From Callorhinchus milii (taxonomy: Eukaryota): a stretch of 64,000 bases of DNA. The stretch is taken from positions 3,906,001 through 3,970,000 of the forward strand of contig NW_024704765.1 in the NCBI RefSeq assembly GCF_018977255.1, given 5' to 3'. Shown here piece after piece: positions 12,901 through 27,297 of this stretch. Positions within the stretch are counted from its first letter, which is position 1, and every line of letters begins with the position of its first letter. A model generated the notes under the pieces. That model had not been told where the DNA came from. It did no database searches and worked only from the letters and a program-made list of their open reading frames with translations. The position numbers were made by a program, and so were the translations under genes.

Positions 12901-14469
12901 TCTGCTTCCACTGTCTCCCTAGGCAGCCTGTTCCCAAAGTTTACTGCTCGCTCACCGAGGTAGAGCATGAAGCCACCGAGAATTTCCCTTATCAGGAGGA
13001 GGTTATCACACTTGTGCATTTTCCAGCAGCTGGTTACAATGGCAGTGGCGTCCGACCAGACTCCAGCTCCAAGAAAGCAAGTGTCAGGTCGAGCAAACAA
13101 AGTGGGGTGAAACTACAGAGGTAAGGGTCTCCTGAGTATCATTGTGAGCATATTTAAAGAAGACAAAAATAAGCATTGAGTGCATATTTTTTGCCGAGAA
13201 AATGATAGTGTGAATGTTAGAAATATTAGAGGAAATTCAAAGCTCAACGTCTAATGTAAGCCTTGTGACAGTGTTCGAATACGTAATATATTTTAAAATT
13301 GGTGAAAGACATTGTCAAGGACTCCATTTTCTGATGTGAACATATCCATAAACTACCACCTGACTGCATTTGAAATAAAATTAAACTAAAATGACTCGCA
13401 GCGTTTTACAATGATGAAGGGTCTTTTCTAGATATGACACTTGGATTGTTCTAGTTCCTCTTACAGTTTTCAGCATTGGTATAAAACAGAGGCTGTAAAA
13501 TGAACATGGTACTTCAGACAGGATTCCATTCACTCACACCCTTTCCTGCTCATTATTCCCGATGGGAGGGAAGAGGAATAATCTACTACAACAAGAATTT
13601 CTAAGCACAAAATGAGAAATCATATCCCTGCTCAAACATCCACCAGGATTTTTTATACAATATTACTGAAAAATATATAATCCCTATTACCATTACATCA
13701 GAGCACAATTAGCTATGCTTTCGTCCTTGCATCCACGATCTGTTCTGAGTCAATAAAGTGATGGGACTACCAAATTAGAACAATATGATGATTATTATTG
13801 TGTAATATATCCTGATTTATATTTCCCGCTAATTAACTATTTATTGGCACTCAAACGTATAGTTTTTAACTTACAATCACTCACCCAGAGACCCAGCACC
13901 AGGAGTCAGAGATCAACATGAATTTAGTGTGTTCGTGTGTGTCTATTATAATACCAGTATCATTATTAATTTATTTGATAGGATATATCTCTCTATTATG
14001 TCTGTCCTCAGTTTAGGGTGTATAAATATGCCACCAATGTGTTTACCGTGTATTCGCTGCCAGTGTCTTTAATGATTAACAAACGAGAGAAAAACTTGAT
14101 GTTGTTGAAACTTCACGCTTTTCTTCCCTGCAGCAAGATGCTACGCTGTCACATGTATAGAACGCTCTGAGGATGCTGGCAGGTGGGAGTGGATTAAAGG
14201 CAGGAATCCAATTGAGGGGGTTCAGATGATGCCATAAATCAAGCCTGAGATTGGATTTACTGCCTGTAATCTTTACCGCCCAGCCCAGCCAGTTTATATC
14301 AAGTGGACTTGATTTTTAACCCTTTTCCCCATTGAGTGATGTTGACATATGACACATGAAACATTGACTTAGTGATGCAAAAAGATGCAGGAGTTCAGAC
14401 AATACCAGGTTAGTTTGAATTCTAAAATAATTTTCCCTCTAATTACTTACTTGGAAGCCGATTTGATAA

Positions 14470-14642
14470 CAACTTTTAAGAGTGAAGTGGGTAATTATTT
14501 GAGGAGGATAAGTTTGCCGGGCTATGGGGAGAGCGCGAGGAAGTGGGATTGATTTGGATAGCTCCTTTCAAACAGCTGGCACAGACACGATGGGCCAAAT
14601 GGCCTCCTCCTGGGCTGTATAATTCTATGATTCTATGATTCT
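14470..14642 (+). mobile_element. CR1-like LINE 3' end fragment
   Basis: ...gggctatggggagagcgcgaggaagtgggattg...gatgggccaaatggcctcctcctgggctgtat followed by an (ATTCTATG)n tail, the CR1 hallmark. Related fragments at about 12735-12960 (-), 25950-26160, 27960-28480 (-) and 35190-35340. Confidence 0.75.
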
Positions 14643-16854
14643 ACTTTAGAATATGAATTTTCCTAATGATTAGAGTATTTATTACAGGAATCCTTCTTTA
14701 TTAGGTTTCTCTCTGCTTCTCATATTATCTCAGATTTCCATGTTGTCTTCCTTTTTTGTGGCAAACCATACCAATGTCAGATGAGATTGAACTGGAGGGC
14801 AGCACATTAATAAATTCTACCATTAGGCACAGAATCACAGAAATTACATATTAGGTGGAGGTTATTTGGTGCATTGAGTCTATGTTGGTGTTGGAATTAT
14901 TGGCGTTATCTTTAGCCATATTGGAAACAGATAAATACCTTCAGAGTATGGGGAAAGGGCAGGTAAGTGCGACCGATAGAATTCCTCTTGAGGCAGTGGC
15001 ACAGACGCGAGTGAACCGAATGGCCTTTGTCTGTGCCATAACTTTCTATGGTTCTAAGATATAATAATGATGATCCTTGCATTTGACATAGTACCTCATC
15101 ATGTCTTTGAGATGTCTCAAAGCACTTCACAGAATATGCTGTAAGGTGAATTGACTATGTTTTGTGGGCGAAAGAGAGTGCTTTCAGTCACTTGCGAATG
15201 GGTAAGGAGCTTTGAAAGATTGGCAGCTTGATGATGTTAAATTTGAAGATAGGATAAATACCATCAGAAAACTATAAACTGAGGACTCTCCGTTGCAAGG
15301 TGACTTGTATTCAATAGAACCAAGAATTTGAACGCGGTGCTATATAAATCCAAGTTGTTGTTGTTGAGCAACAGAAACTTGGAAAACCGAGAAATTCAGC
15401 AAGTTGTATTGCGAACAAGTTCTAAATATTTTTGTCAACACTGGCGATTTGAGGATAGAATGTGGAATCTAACAGTTATACAAGCGGGCTGATGTATTGC
15501 AGCACAGCGTTGGAGTTTAGAGTTGGAGATAATCGGGCCTGTCATCATGTTCCTGACACGTTTACTTCAGGAATGTGAGCATCATGTGCGCATTAAAGTA
15601 CCTCATTCGGGCTTGGGGCAGTTCCCAATGTTGCTGTCTCCAAAATGATCTGTTTTATTCTTTCAAATATATCACATGCTCAGCCATTTAATGGTTTGCT
15701 TTCTTCTGATAGTGGGAGCAATGCATCAAGTTGCAGTCCTGCTCTGCATGGATGGGTTGAGATTTTTTCTCTCTTTTGCCCTACCATATTTTGCCATTAA
15801 AAGCATATATAAAGCAGTGAGCGAAAAGCTTAACATTATTCATACTCAGAAGCTGGCTGACACAATGGCACTCTAATATGTTAATCATGGAATGATATGA
15901 CATGAGTTTGGACTTGTGTTCATCCTGCCTAGTGACTTGCCAGTCTCTCTGTGCTGGGGGTGGGAGTGGGGGGGTGGGAGGCTGCTGAATGGCAGCCAAA
16001 TTCAGCTTTACAGAAAATCTGAGTACCTTTTTTTAGAAAAGAAAAGCAAGAAAGTACATTAAGACGGAGTCTTAATCCTCACTCCCCTTCTCCCCCCCCA
16101 CTCAACAAATTCAGTGTATAAGAACATTTTATCTTTGATTTTACCTTGTTTGCCACTCAGGGATGTGGCGGACCTGATATAAACTGCACCAGTCAAACAT
16201 TTTGGGGGATTTTACTTTTGTGTGTGTGTGTGTTACCTTCTCATCCTGCAAATGAAATCATCAGCAGCAATTTTGTAAAGGTTTACTGAGGGGTCTTATA
16301 CACACCAGCATTAAAGTGTGCTTGAAATGGATGTGAATTTGCTGCTGAAAAAAACACATACTCAACAACATGCAGCAAAATGGACAAAGTAATACTTTGC
16401 GGCACTGAATTGTTCACACCAACACACTAGTCAGAGTGTACACGAAGACTAGGTTGTCCGTTGCATTATTCAAGTGATTACTGTCTTGATTCCATGGGGT
16501 ACGGTGAATCATTAGACAAGTTTCCTTACTCCACACTCCTCTGTTTACCAAGCAATAAGTAGGAACCCAGTTGTTAGTCATTTGGAGGATTGCTTTTCTG
16601 GGGGATAATAATCCCAATAGATAAATAATAATAATTTGGTCACTCAATCCACGACTGTTTGTGGGACACTGCTGAGCGCAATTGACTGATGCATTTCTCT
16701 CACAAAATATATAGTCAATTCACTTTACTGTATATTTTATGAAGCACTTTAAGACATAATAAGGCGCTGTGTCAACTACAAGGATCATATTATCATTATT
16801 ATTATCTCCTTTCCTTGAGCAGTTGAATATCTAATGTGAAGATATTACCATTGT

Positions 16855-17144
16855 GGAGTCCTGTAGCTCAGTGGTTAGAGCACTCGCTTTGCAAGCAAGG
16901 GACCTGGGTTGATTCCCGGCAGGGTGAAATCTTGGGCAAGTTTTCTTACTCCACACACATGATAATAATCCCTCAAGAAAAAGAATAATAAATTTGTCAC
17001 TTCAATCCATCACTATTTGTGGGACACTGCTTTTCGCCCACAAATATACAGTCAATTCACTTTACAGTCTATTCTGTGAAGTGCTTTGAGATGTCGAGAA
17101 GACGTGAAAAGTGCTGTATCAAATGCAAGGATTATTATTATTAT
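16855..17144 (+). mobile_element. tRNA-derived SINE with L2-like 3' end and (TTA)n tail
   Basis: Head ggagtcctgtagctcagtggttagagcactcgctttgcaagc...gggttgattcc (Pol III A/B boxes); tail aagtgctgtatcaaatgcaaggattattatta. Dozens of full or 5'-truncated copies across the window. Confidence 0.9.
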
Positions 17145-18326
17145 TGTGAGGTGCTGGGCCAGGTCAGGTTCCTGTCATTGTAATGTGTAACTGTACGCAG
17201 GATAAGGAAACAATGCTAGCCTGCTATCTCAGTTAAAGTGGGTAATAGACAGCATTTGTCAAGTCATCTGTCCTCTTTGCGGGTGGGTTTGTTATATTCA
17301 GCTGCAGGTAATCAACACGTTGAAGGAGTGGAATCTCTCTGCTGATAAACAACCCCTATGTTCTCCTCCCCATCACTGCAATCGATTTATTTTAAATTTA
17401 TTTAATTTAACTAAATGATCTTGATATTATCCGTACCTGTAAAATCAGTTCATCTGAATGCATTGGCACTCTCATGAACGCATCACTGACTGAGAATTAT
17501 ACCAGTGATTGCCCCTGAGAAAATAACTGGTAAGAGATCACTAGATAAACCATTAAATTATGGTAATTGACCAATACAAGATGTTCCTACAAATACTCTT
17601 TTGAGACTTTAGTTATATATCAAAGTCAGTCAACAAAAATTCATTTACTCTCAGTGACATTGTGTGATATACACTGGAACATAATACTTCCAGTCAGTCC
17701 TGAGAGACTACATTGAAGTAAGATGAAATTGGTTGCGAATTGAGCCAATCTTCCTTAATACTCTTGCAACCAAGCTAACAATACAGTCAGTTAATAAAGT
17801 GCAATGTTATAACCTTATGTCTGTCATATTTACTGCTGTTTTCGCATTGCAGCATCTGCTGAACTTTTCAGCTTTCGTTCGGAGTATTTATCCATTCCAT
17901 TCCTTGCCTTGGGACATCCTCCCGATGTGAAAGGCACTCTACAAATGTAATTTTGTATTGTATTCATTTTACCCTGTTTTGCCCCATTCTGGCGGTACAT
18001 TGCTGACTGCTCTCTTCCTAGAGTCAATGATTCTCTGAAATGGCTTCCAGGAGATGGAGGAACATCTGCGACAAAGTTTCCTCTTTTTCACCCATTTCTT
18101 TAATACACACAGACTGTCATTTTAAACCAAAAAAAGTTAGTGGAGTCCTCAGAGGGCTCAGTAGATGAAGAATAGTGTGTAATCCCAACAAGTACTAGAG
18201 GGTCTGAAAGGATACACGAATAAGAATAATAATCCTTGTTTGTAGCTCAGTGGTTAGAGCACTCGCTTTGCAAGTGAGAGACCTGAGTTCAATTCCAGGC
18301 AGAGGGCGAAACCTCGGGCAAGTTTC

Positions 18327-18960
18327 CTCGGCTGATTGTCGCTGACCAGATGTAGTTCTGTGTGTCCCAGTGTTAGATACTTGCTCTATATAGAATAACT
18401 ATACACCGTGTAGAGTTGTTACAATCTGGAATGTACTGCCTGAAGGGTGTGGTGGAAACAGATTCAATAACAACTTTCAAAAGGGAATTAGACAGGTGTT
18501 TGAAGAGCCAAAATTTATAAGGATATGGGGAAAGAGCGGGGAAGTGGGACTGATTTGGTAACTCTTCCAAAGAGCCGGCAGGTTGGGCTGAATGGCCTCC
18601 TTCTGCGCTGTATTATTCTATCATTCTATGATTGTGGAGTCCTGTAGCTCAGTGGTTAGAGCACTCGCTTTGCAAGCGAGAGACCTGAGTTCAATTCCAG
18701 GCAGAGGGCGAAACCTTGGGCAAGTTTCCTTACTCCACACAGAGCCTAATAATAATCCCTCCAAAAAACAAACAAAAAAAAATAATAAATTGGTCATTTT
18801 CAATCTACGACTGTTTGTGGGACATTGCTGTGCGCAATTGGCTGCCGCGTTCGCCCACAAATATACAGTCAGTTCACTTTACAGTCTATTCTGTGAAGCG
18901 CTTTGGGACGTCCTCCCGACGTGAAAAGCGCTATATCAAATGCAAGGATTATTATTATTA
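18327..18960 (+). mobile_element. Composite repeat (unique ~75 bp + CR1 3' end + full tRNA-SINE), copy 1
   Basis: Nearly identical to 26695-27297. SINE part 18636-18960; CR1 tail attctatgatt at about 18621-18633. Confidence 0.85.
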
Positions 18961-21900
18961 CATAGAACCTTATCGCGTCTTCGAGACATCTCAAAGTGCT
19001 TCACAGAATATACTGTAAAGTGAATTGACTGTGTATTTATGGGTGAAATGTGGCAGCCAATTTTGATGTGTGCAAACAGAATCCAAACAAACTGGAGAAT
19101 GTGGTCCAAACAAGTTGCCATAGTTTTTAATAGGATTAACAACAACATTCAAGAAAAGCTTAAAACCCAGGCACATAAAACCAGACTTAATAATGCCCTG
19201 GTTTCTTTTGTAGTGTGACTCTAACAGTTTACTTTCAATCCACAGTGTGATTGCAAAATGTAATCTGTACATTTCAATTGCACATTTAACAGCACGATGA
19301 TGTAGTCTTTGGTTGATTAAAGGGATGGGTAGTCATTCAAATGCAAAATATACAGAGAAAGGCATTACAGCAGTCTTTCAGTGTGTATGTGAATGCCTTT
19401 GTGCCTTTCCTTAATGTTTGTTTTTATATTAAAAAATCTGAAATATCTTTACCAATTGTTCTAGTATTTATATTTGAAATATTAGTGATTCCAGGTTTAT
19501 AATACAAAGCTTTTCATACTAAATTTCCTCGCTCATGTATCCAGTGTCTTGCTGTTTCTCTGAGATAAAAAAAATGAATAGGTAATTGCTTGAGTCTCTT
19601 TTGCTGATGTGATTTAGAGTTTGAATAACTGCCTGCTGTTTGTGTGCAGAGTGTGATCTGTCCATGGTACTGCGTTTTAAAAAAAAACTATTCTATTCGA
19701 GGAGAAATAAATGTTTGTCAAAGGTCTTGAAAGCCACTGAAATACATGATGCAGATGGCACTGCATGTAGAATATTCACAGCCATTTGTCCATGTAAGAC
19801 ATGCCTTATAAAAAGACGGATTTTCATATAAATCTAAAGAATTTCAAATAAATCTTCCTAATAATAATAATAAGGCAACGTTTGAGATGACATTGAGTAC
19901 TTGCCCCTTTTAAATGCAGAATACTACAAAATACTGTCATTGTGACTATTTATGCCTAAAATTATTTGGTATTATTTTCTTCTAAGTTTATAAATTGAGT
20001 TAAACACGATTCAGTTTTCATATTTCTTTTCTTTCATGAGTCGGGGTGTCTTGGGGTGCAATGATACAAAGCATTGGGACTCCAAAGTAGTAGTGCGTGG
20101 ATTGTGGCCAATGATCCTAAATGTTTCTGCCCTATTAGGAGCTGTTAGCATAGCCAAAAGTCACTGTGAGTAGCACCACCTGCATAGTTACAGGAAGCCA
20201 TGAGCAGAGGACTGGTTGCAGGTAGTCCACTTTCTAGGATGCTAGGAAAGGTGTGTGTATGGAGAGATTACAGTAGTACAGAACACATTAAAGGGCAGAG
20301 GAGAGTCAGGAAATAATGATATCCATAGTTCTTACCATTATCTTTGATTCAGATATGAAGTTGAACTGAGATTTCAGGAACGGTCCTTTTGACTGAAAAT
20401 GAAAGCTTTACACATTACCTGACACATTATCTGCCATTACACAATGCAAGCAAACCTCGCAATCCGTGCTTAGAATGGGAATGTGTTAGTTAAAAGGTTA
20501 CTAGACTCAGCCATCGAGTAGTTGTGAAGCTCTCATTCCAAGCACTGTCAACCTTAACCTCATTGAAAATACATAGACAAAAAAGGAATTGGCTGTGTCT
20601 ACATTAGCGGTGTGTTGTGACACTGTTCCCTTTGATGCAGGTGCCAAGCTGTATGCACATTTTGTATGGTTTGACTCATGTTAAGCGTAGAATGCAATTA
20701 ATATTCTTCTACAATGTTCTGAACCGTATTGCCTATAGTACTTGAGAAAGAACAACATTTTTCCGTGTCTGGTGTTGACGTGTGGTATTTGATGGTGAGC
20801 AATACATAGTGCCACACACTCAGAAATCCATTGCTGCACACCATGTGAGTCACTGCACGGCAATCTCAAAGATTTCAATGTAAATTTCTTCTCGCTTCCC
20901 AAAAAACAACACATTTTCAGTGAAATATAACAAATCATTTTTCCCTCTCCCTCTCTCTCCCTCTACCCCCCCTCTCTCTCTCTATATATATATGTTTATT
21001 ATATTACTATATATTTTTTTAAATACTATTTGATTCACATCTGGGAGAAACACTCATTTGGAACTGTTAACTTTGACCTGGCAGAGTGTAGATTGCTGGA
21101 CTAGGAAGATATAAGACAGAGGAGCAGGGAGCAGGTCGATCCAAAATTTACCATATGTTAAGAATTCCTGGTCTTCACTACTTCAGTATTAGGAAAAGAT
21201 GTCTTGAAGTGTTTAATAGGATTTATCATAAGTGTCTTATGTATTTTGTAGTTGAACGCAGCAGGTAATTTTTGCACCGAAATGTCCTGCAAACAACCAT
21301 AAAATGGATGACAAATTTTATCTGGGGATGGAACTAAGCCAGCTAACTTTGGGCAAGATACTTACACACTTTCATTTACCTCTTAGTTCCTGTCCACAGC
21401 ATCTATTTTTATCGGTTCCTTAACAAAATAAACACTGAAGCTTATTTTTAGACATCAGTTTGTTAGCTAGACAATGACATTTATGCATTGGCTAAAAATA
21501 TAATCCAAACAAGTTGAGTATCTGTTCTCAGCACTTGCTAGTTGTAAGAATGTGTTTAGTGCTTACATGTTAAGGTGTTGACATAACCTTGCATAAGCCC
21601 AGCATTGAATATTCTATTAATTATTTCAATAATCTGAAGCTTGTATTTAAAAATAGGCTGGTTGGTGCAGTTATGAAGATGAACATAGGGACTATAGAAT
21701 CTGCATCTGGTCTAGGAGAAGTGAGGCCCATACTTTAAGTTAAATTTCAGCTTCCTTGTTAGGTATAACCTGGAAAAATACTATTTTAAAATGAGAGAAA
21801 GTTGGCTAATATTCACACTGCACATTGATGGAGCCATGTAAGTGTGGTTTCACATGAGGCTGAGTTCTCAGCCTCAGCCACAATGCTGTGGAGAACACCA

Positions 21901-24900
21901 AGCCAAATTCGAGTTATCCTGACTACTTCTCTGCACCTCATAGCAGTTGATTGATAAGCAGCCTTGGCTGAGACTGAATAGATTGCCCAGGTATTTCTTG
22001 TCTTGGAGAGAAATGGTGCGAATCATACAAACCCTCATAACAATAACATGGAAATAAAACAAAGAATAAATAATTTAAAGTCTAAAAATCATTGGTTTAT
22101 ATCATACAGTTGTATTGAATTAAATCCCCAACTAGAGGAAAATATACTGCGGAGACTACAGAAGACATGAATTGCTTCCTTTTGTTCCATGAGTAAATGG
22201 GATCCTCAAGTGAGGAGTGCCTCGTGTTCACGTATCCTTGACAAGTGTTGGAAATTATTTTTAAACAAACGTTTGCTGAACTCTAGTCTGGTCACAGGAA
22301 TGCAGGACCTAGGATGCTAAATAAGACGGGGTGGTGGAGCCAGTGCTGGATATATTTGGTCACTTTCCCCTTCTGCTTTACTGCCTTGTTGAATTCAATG
22401 TGTCAGTGATGTGGAGGTGACACCTTACCCATTCCTATCTCATTCCTGTGGGATGCCAGCTAACACCAGTTGCAGTAATTTCCTGTAAATTGCCAAACAC
22501 CTTCCCGTGACTCCTCATCACAAGTTTCTGACGAGAGGGGAGATGGTTTTATTCAATGACATCATCCTCTGAATGCTGTACACATTCCCTTCGTTATCAG
22601 CAACAGGACATCCTGATCCAAGGCCACTTGAACCAACACCTTCCTTGGAATGTGATTAACAGACACAGTGGGAATTCCACGCTGATAAAGAAGTGTGGCA
22701 ATGACATCCTTTTGTTGGAACTGATGGACAATAACTTGAGAATATCAAATGAAAAAAGTGCAGTTACTGTAAATCTACACATGTCATTCAGCACCTAAAA
22801 GCAAGCAATAGATGAAGGTTTTTTTAGCCAGGTGTCAATTGCCTTTCTTGGCCATTTTGTTCTGAGGCTGATTTCCTGGAGCAAGTTTGCTCACAAAGGA
22901 CTCGAGGAATATCAGTCTTCCCATTCCGTATTTGTGGGAAGGTGATCCTCATGTTTCTATAAGGATTCATTGTGATTGACTTGATCTTGTGGTGAATGGG
23001 GTGTGACCCTCCTTCTCACACTTTAACCACGGAACAAAATGACTTCATGATTCCATAACGCTGTTGAGGTGCCATCTGCCTGTTCCACGCCAACAACAAC
23101 AACTTGCATTTACATAGCAACGTTCACGAGGGGTACCGTCCAGGAGCACTTCACAATGGTGGAGTCTGATAACGAGCCAGCGGGAGAGGGAGGAGGGAAG
23201 TGACTATAAGCACGATCAAAAAGGATGGACAAGTGGACACCAAAGATTCCACGGCACTATTCGAAAAGAGAAGGTAGTTTCTCCTGGTGTTCTGGCCAGA
23301 CAAAATTGGTAATTCACTGTATGCCATGGTTTCTGAGAGATTGCTGTGCGCAAATTGGTTGCCGCATTCAACTGCCAAGCTCACAGTCACTATACTTTAC
23401 AGTAATTCCTGTGAAGTGCTTTGAAACAACCTCCAGACGTGAAAGGTGTTGTATCAAATGCAAGCATTATTATATAAACACGCCAAATTAAAAGGTACAA
23501 AAAATGAATATAAAAAATGGTTCGCTTTCCTGTTATTCTCTGAGTTACTGGTTACCCACAAGATAGCTTTACTTAGCGAGCTCAGGAGCTAAACAGCTTT
23601 GTACTTTCCCATTCCTCATCAAAGCTTCAACCAATATCTCAAAAATATCCACAAGAATTGTTTCATATGAATCATTTTAGTAATGTGACTGCCATTGAAT
23701 TTCCACGTGAAACTGCAGGAAATCCATAAGTAGAGAGATGAGTTCACAGGGATCATGGTTAGATGAGGAATAGTAGTAATTAACTGGCAGATTGTGTAGG
23801 TGGCATATTTATGTGAAACTCTCGGTTGGGTTTGGATACTCTCTTAAGTATGGTGATAGGTTTAAACATGTGTCAGACACCTGGCTGCTGATCAGAAGAA
23901 CAAGGTCCTTTGAATGCAACCTCTTTCAACCACTGCTCTGCTCTGATTTCTACATAGCATTGAATGGAAATCAAAAGTAGCTGTAATATTACACTTTATC
24001 AGTTATTGGCCGAACATTGATATTTTCATACTGAATAAATTATGGCTTCTCCTGGAATATCCTAAATTATGGCTTCTCCTGAAATATCCTAACTAGTTAA
24101 TATTTGTTGGCGTTTCAATTAGATATTACCAGCATGATCATTACCAGTCTATTTTGAGCTATTAGCAATTTGCCTAAAGTAATTTATTATTCCATCTTCC
24201 CTCGTCAATTAATTTTAAGCAGATGAGCTGTTGAAATGATTTACTTGCAGGACATGTACCTAGTTCATAACAATGGCTGAGATTTAAGAAAATCTAACAA
24301 CCTTTCAGCTAAATCATTTTTCCTGTAAAAGTGCATTTGGCGGAAAAGCATTTCACTTAGAAACCGAGCCACTGTCAGCTGTGTGATGTGGAAAACCATC
24401 AACATCCTGAAAACATGCAGAGAAAATGCTCATAAAGCTCTCGAGCAGATTGAAAATGGATGGACTCCCACCTGGCCCAGCAGTGTGAGGAGTGTTGTGC
24501 ATTCTATCACTTTTACTTGCTGCCTTATGCATGAGTTCACTCCGGCTTTGTGTCTGTGTTGTGCCTCTGCGTTTGTGCGCACCACACATGGCAAGCGCAG
24601 CATGGCTGCCAGCAATTAGTTTTTCTCCCGCAGAATTTCTGTTTCAGACCCACCAGCACACGAGAAGTGACTAAAGGAGACATCACACCTAGGATTGCAC
24701 TTTCTGCTGGCAGACAAAATCATCCGCAAACAGAAAATCTTTCCCATTGTTCTTGACATTCCACAAAAGTTATGTCAAACAGTCTTCAATAACATAATAA
24801 TCCTCACATTTGATATAGCGTCTTATCACGTCGTTGAGACGTCTCAAAGCGCTTTGCAGAATATACTGTCAAATTAATTGACTGGATATTTTGTGGACGA

Positions 24901-26694
24901 AATATAAATGGGCAATAAAATGGGCTTTGTGGAAATCTTTTTAAAAAAAATTAATGTGGTCATTCAATCCACGACTGTTTGTGCGATACTGCTGTACATA
25001 ATTGACTGCCACCTTTTGCCCACAAAACACAGTCACTACACTTTACAGTATATACTGTGAAGCATTTTGAGACGTCTCAAAGACGTGATAAGGCACTATA
25101 TTGAATACAAGATTATTATTATTATCTTTCTAAGTCCACTTGTGAGCTCATTTTAGATGAGTATTTTGGGTCAGTGAAATGATCACGAGTCACCAGTGTG
25201 TTGAGAAAGGATGCACTGAAACAAATGCAGAGAAAAAAATGCTACAGACACCAATCGGATCAGGTTAGTGACAGGTTTGTTATCTGACGGAATGTTAGAA
25301 ATGTAATTTCCATTAATGATTCAGTCAGTGATGATGGTGTGGGAGAGAAGAGTGTGAGTGAAAGACACTTAACAGCAGCATTGACAGAAGACACACAGAA
25401 AAACAACTGTGAGTCTCATTGTTGGGTGTCTATTATTAGTATTCATGGGAAGATGCTCCACACAGCACTGTTTTAATGGGTCATCCTATATTTCAACTCG
25501 GAAGTTCAGAGATCATCGATACAGAACTATTCAGATACAGAATCTTTTGCTATTATTCTAGTTGACTCCTTTTAACATTCATGTAATTCGATTTACTCAT
25601 TTATACATGTGGTGATTCCTCCAACTAAAGCAATCTTCAGCACAGCACCATGGGATGATTATCAGGCTGTTTGGTGGAGTATTGTTCCTGATTGCCAAAG
25701 TGTCAGAAAGAGAGAAAGAGAGAGTGAACAGAGGTGATTTTCGGCACTCCAGGATACAAGTTTTTAAACCTATCCTAGCACACAGCATTGGACAGGTCTT
25801 GAGACCATTTTTAAATCCACAAAATGGTACCTGAGGTCGAGTGAATTAAAGTACAGAAAAACAACTCATTTACTTGCAGTTCAACGTGTATTTGATCGTT
25901 CATAGACCAGTCCTGGCAGCAGAACCTTCAATGTCAGGGGAGAGTAGTGGGAATGCGGAACATGCTACCACAAGTTGTTGTTGATCAAATAGCATTGATG
26001 TATTTAAGGGAAAGCTAGAGAGGTACATGAGGGAGAAAGAAATAGAGGGTTATGCTTGAAGGCTTAGTTGAGGAAGGGCAGGAGGAGGCTCATGTGGAGG
26101 ATAAACCAGTTGGGCTGAATGGCCTGTTTCTGTGCTGTATATTCTAATGTGTTCTAAAGTCTGGATTAGAGAATGCGCAGTTTGAGAAATCAGACATATG
26201 GTGGCAGGGGCAGCCTTGAAATGGTGTTTAAAACATCATTTGAGCTGCACTTAGTATTGAATTTCAGATGAAATGGTAACTTTACTCACATAGTTTTCTT
26301 AGATATTGTAACCAGCACTTGCCGAGGATGTGCTAAATTGAGTGAATCTGATTGCTGAAGGGGTTTAGGAAAGGGGAATAGGAGAGGCGGAGGCTCAGGT
26401 GGAGTATAAACTCAGACACAGACTAGTTTTTTGCTGAATAGTCTGTTTTCGTGCCGTCCTGTGTAATCTAGAAATGGTGTCCAAAGTGCCTTTTGTTCAA
26501 AAGTGGATCAATGTCTGTGCTGGTAAGGGTTTAAAGTGCTTGAGCTGCGGGAGACAATATAAAGTAACGCTTACGCCCTCCTTTAGCTGTACACTGCTGC
26601 CCCTTGTTGGGCCTGACCTGTATAAGCAGCGAGGGATGAAATGTAGAGTTGTGTTAATGTGGCTATGATGGAAAAATACTGCACTCTTCCATTA

Positions 26695-27297
26695 CTCGGC
26701 TGATTGTCGCTGACCAGATGTAGTTCTGCGTGTCCCAGTGTTAGATACTTGCTCTATATAGAATAACTATACACCGTGTAGAGTTGTTACAATCTGGAAT
26801 GCACTGCCTGAAGGGTGTGGTGGAAACAGATTCAATAACAACTTTCAAAAGGGAATTAGACAGGTGTTTGAAGAGCCAAAATTTATAAGGATATGGGGAA
26901 AGAGCGGGGAAGTGGGACTGATTTGGTAACTCTTCCAAAGAGCCGGCAGGTTGGGCTGAATGGCCTCCTTCTGCGCTGTATTATTCTATCATTCTATGAT
27001 TGTGGAGTCCTGTAGTGGTTAGAGCACTCGCTTTGCAAGCGAGAGACCTGAGTTCAATTCCAGGCAGAGGGCGAAACATTGGGCAAGTTTCCTTACTCCA
27101 CACAGAGCCTAATAATAATCCCTCCAAAACCAAAAACAATAATAAATTGGTCATTTTCAATCTACGACTGTTTGTGGGACATTCGCCCACAAATATACAG
27201 TCAATTCACTTTACAGTGTGTTCTGTGAAGCGCTTTGGGACGTCCTCCCGACGTGAAAAGCGCTATATAAAATGCAAGGATTATTCTTATTATTATT
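26695..27297 (+). mobile_element. Composite repeat (unique ~75 bp + CR1 3' end + tRNA-SINE), copy 2
   Basis: Starts at the same ctcggctgattgtcgctgaccagatgtag as copy 1. It differs by a few substitutions and short deletions in the SINE part. Confidence 0.85.

Noticed and set aside
18636-18710. tRNA-like sequences (anticodon-like TGC loop) here and at other SINE heads
   Set aside because: Each continues into the same SINE body and (TTA)n tail, so they are retroposon heads, not tRNA genes.
24037-24092. 27-bp direct tandem duplication (also an 18-bp one near 41038-41078)
   Set aside because: Ordinary slippage duplications with no functional context.
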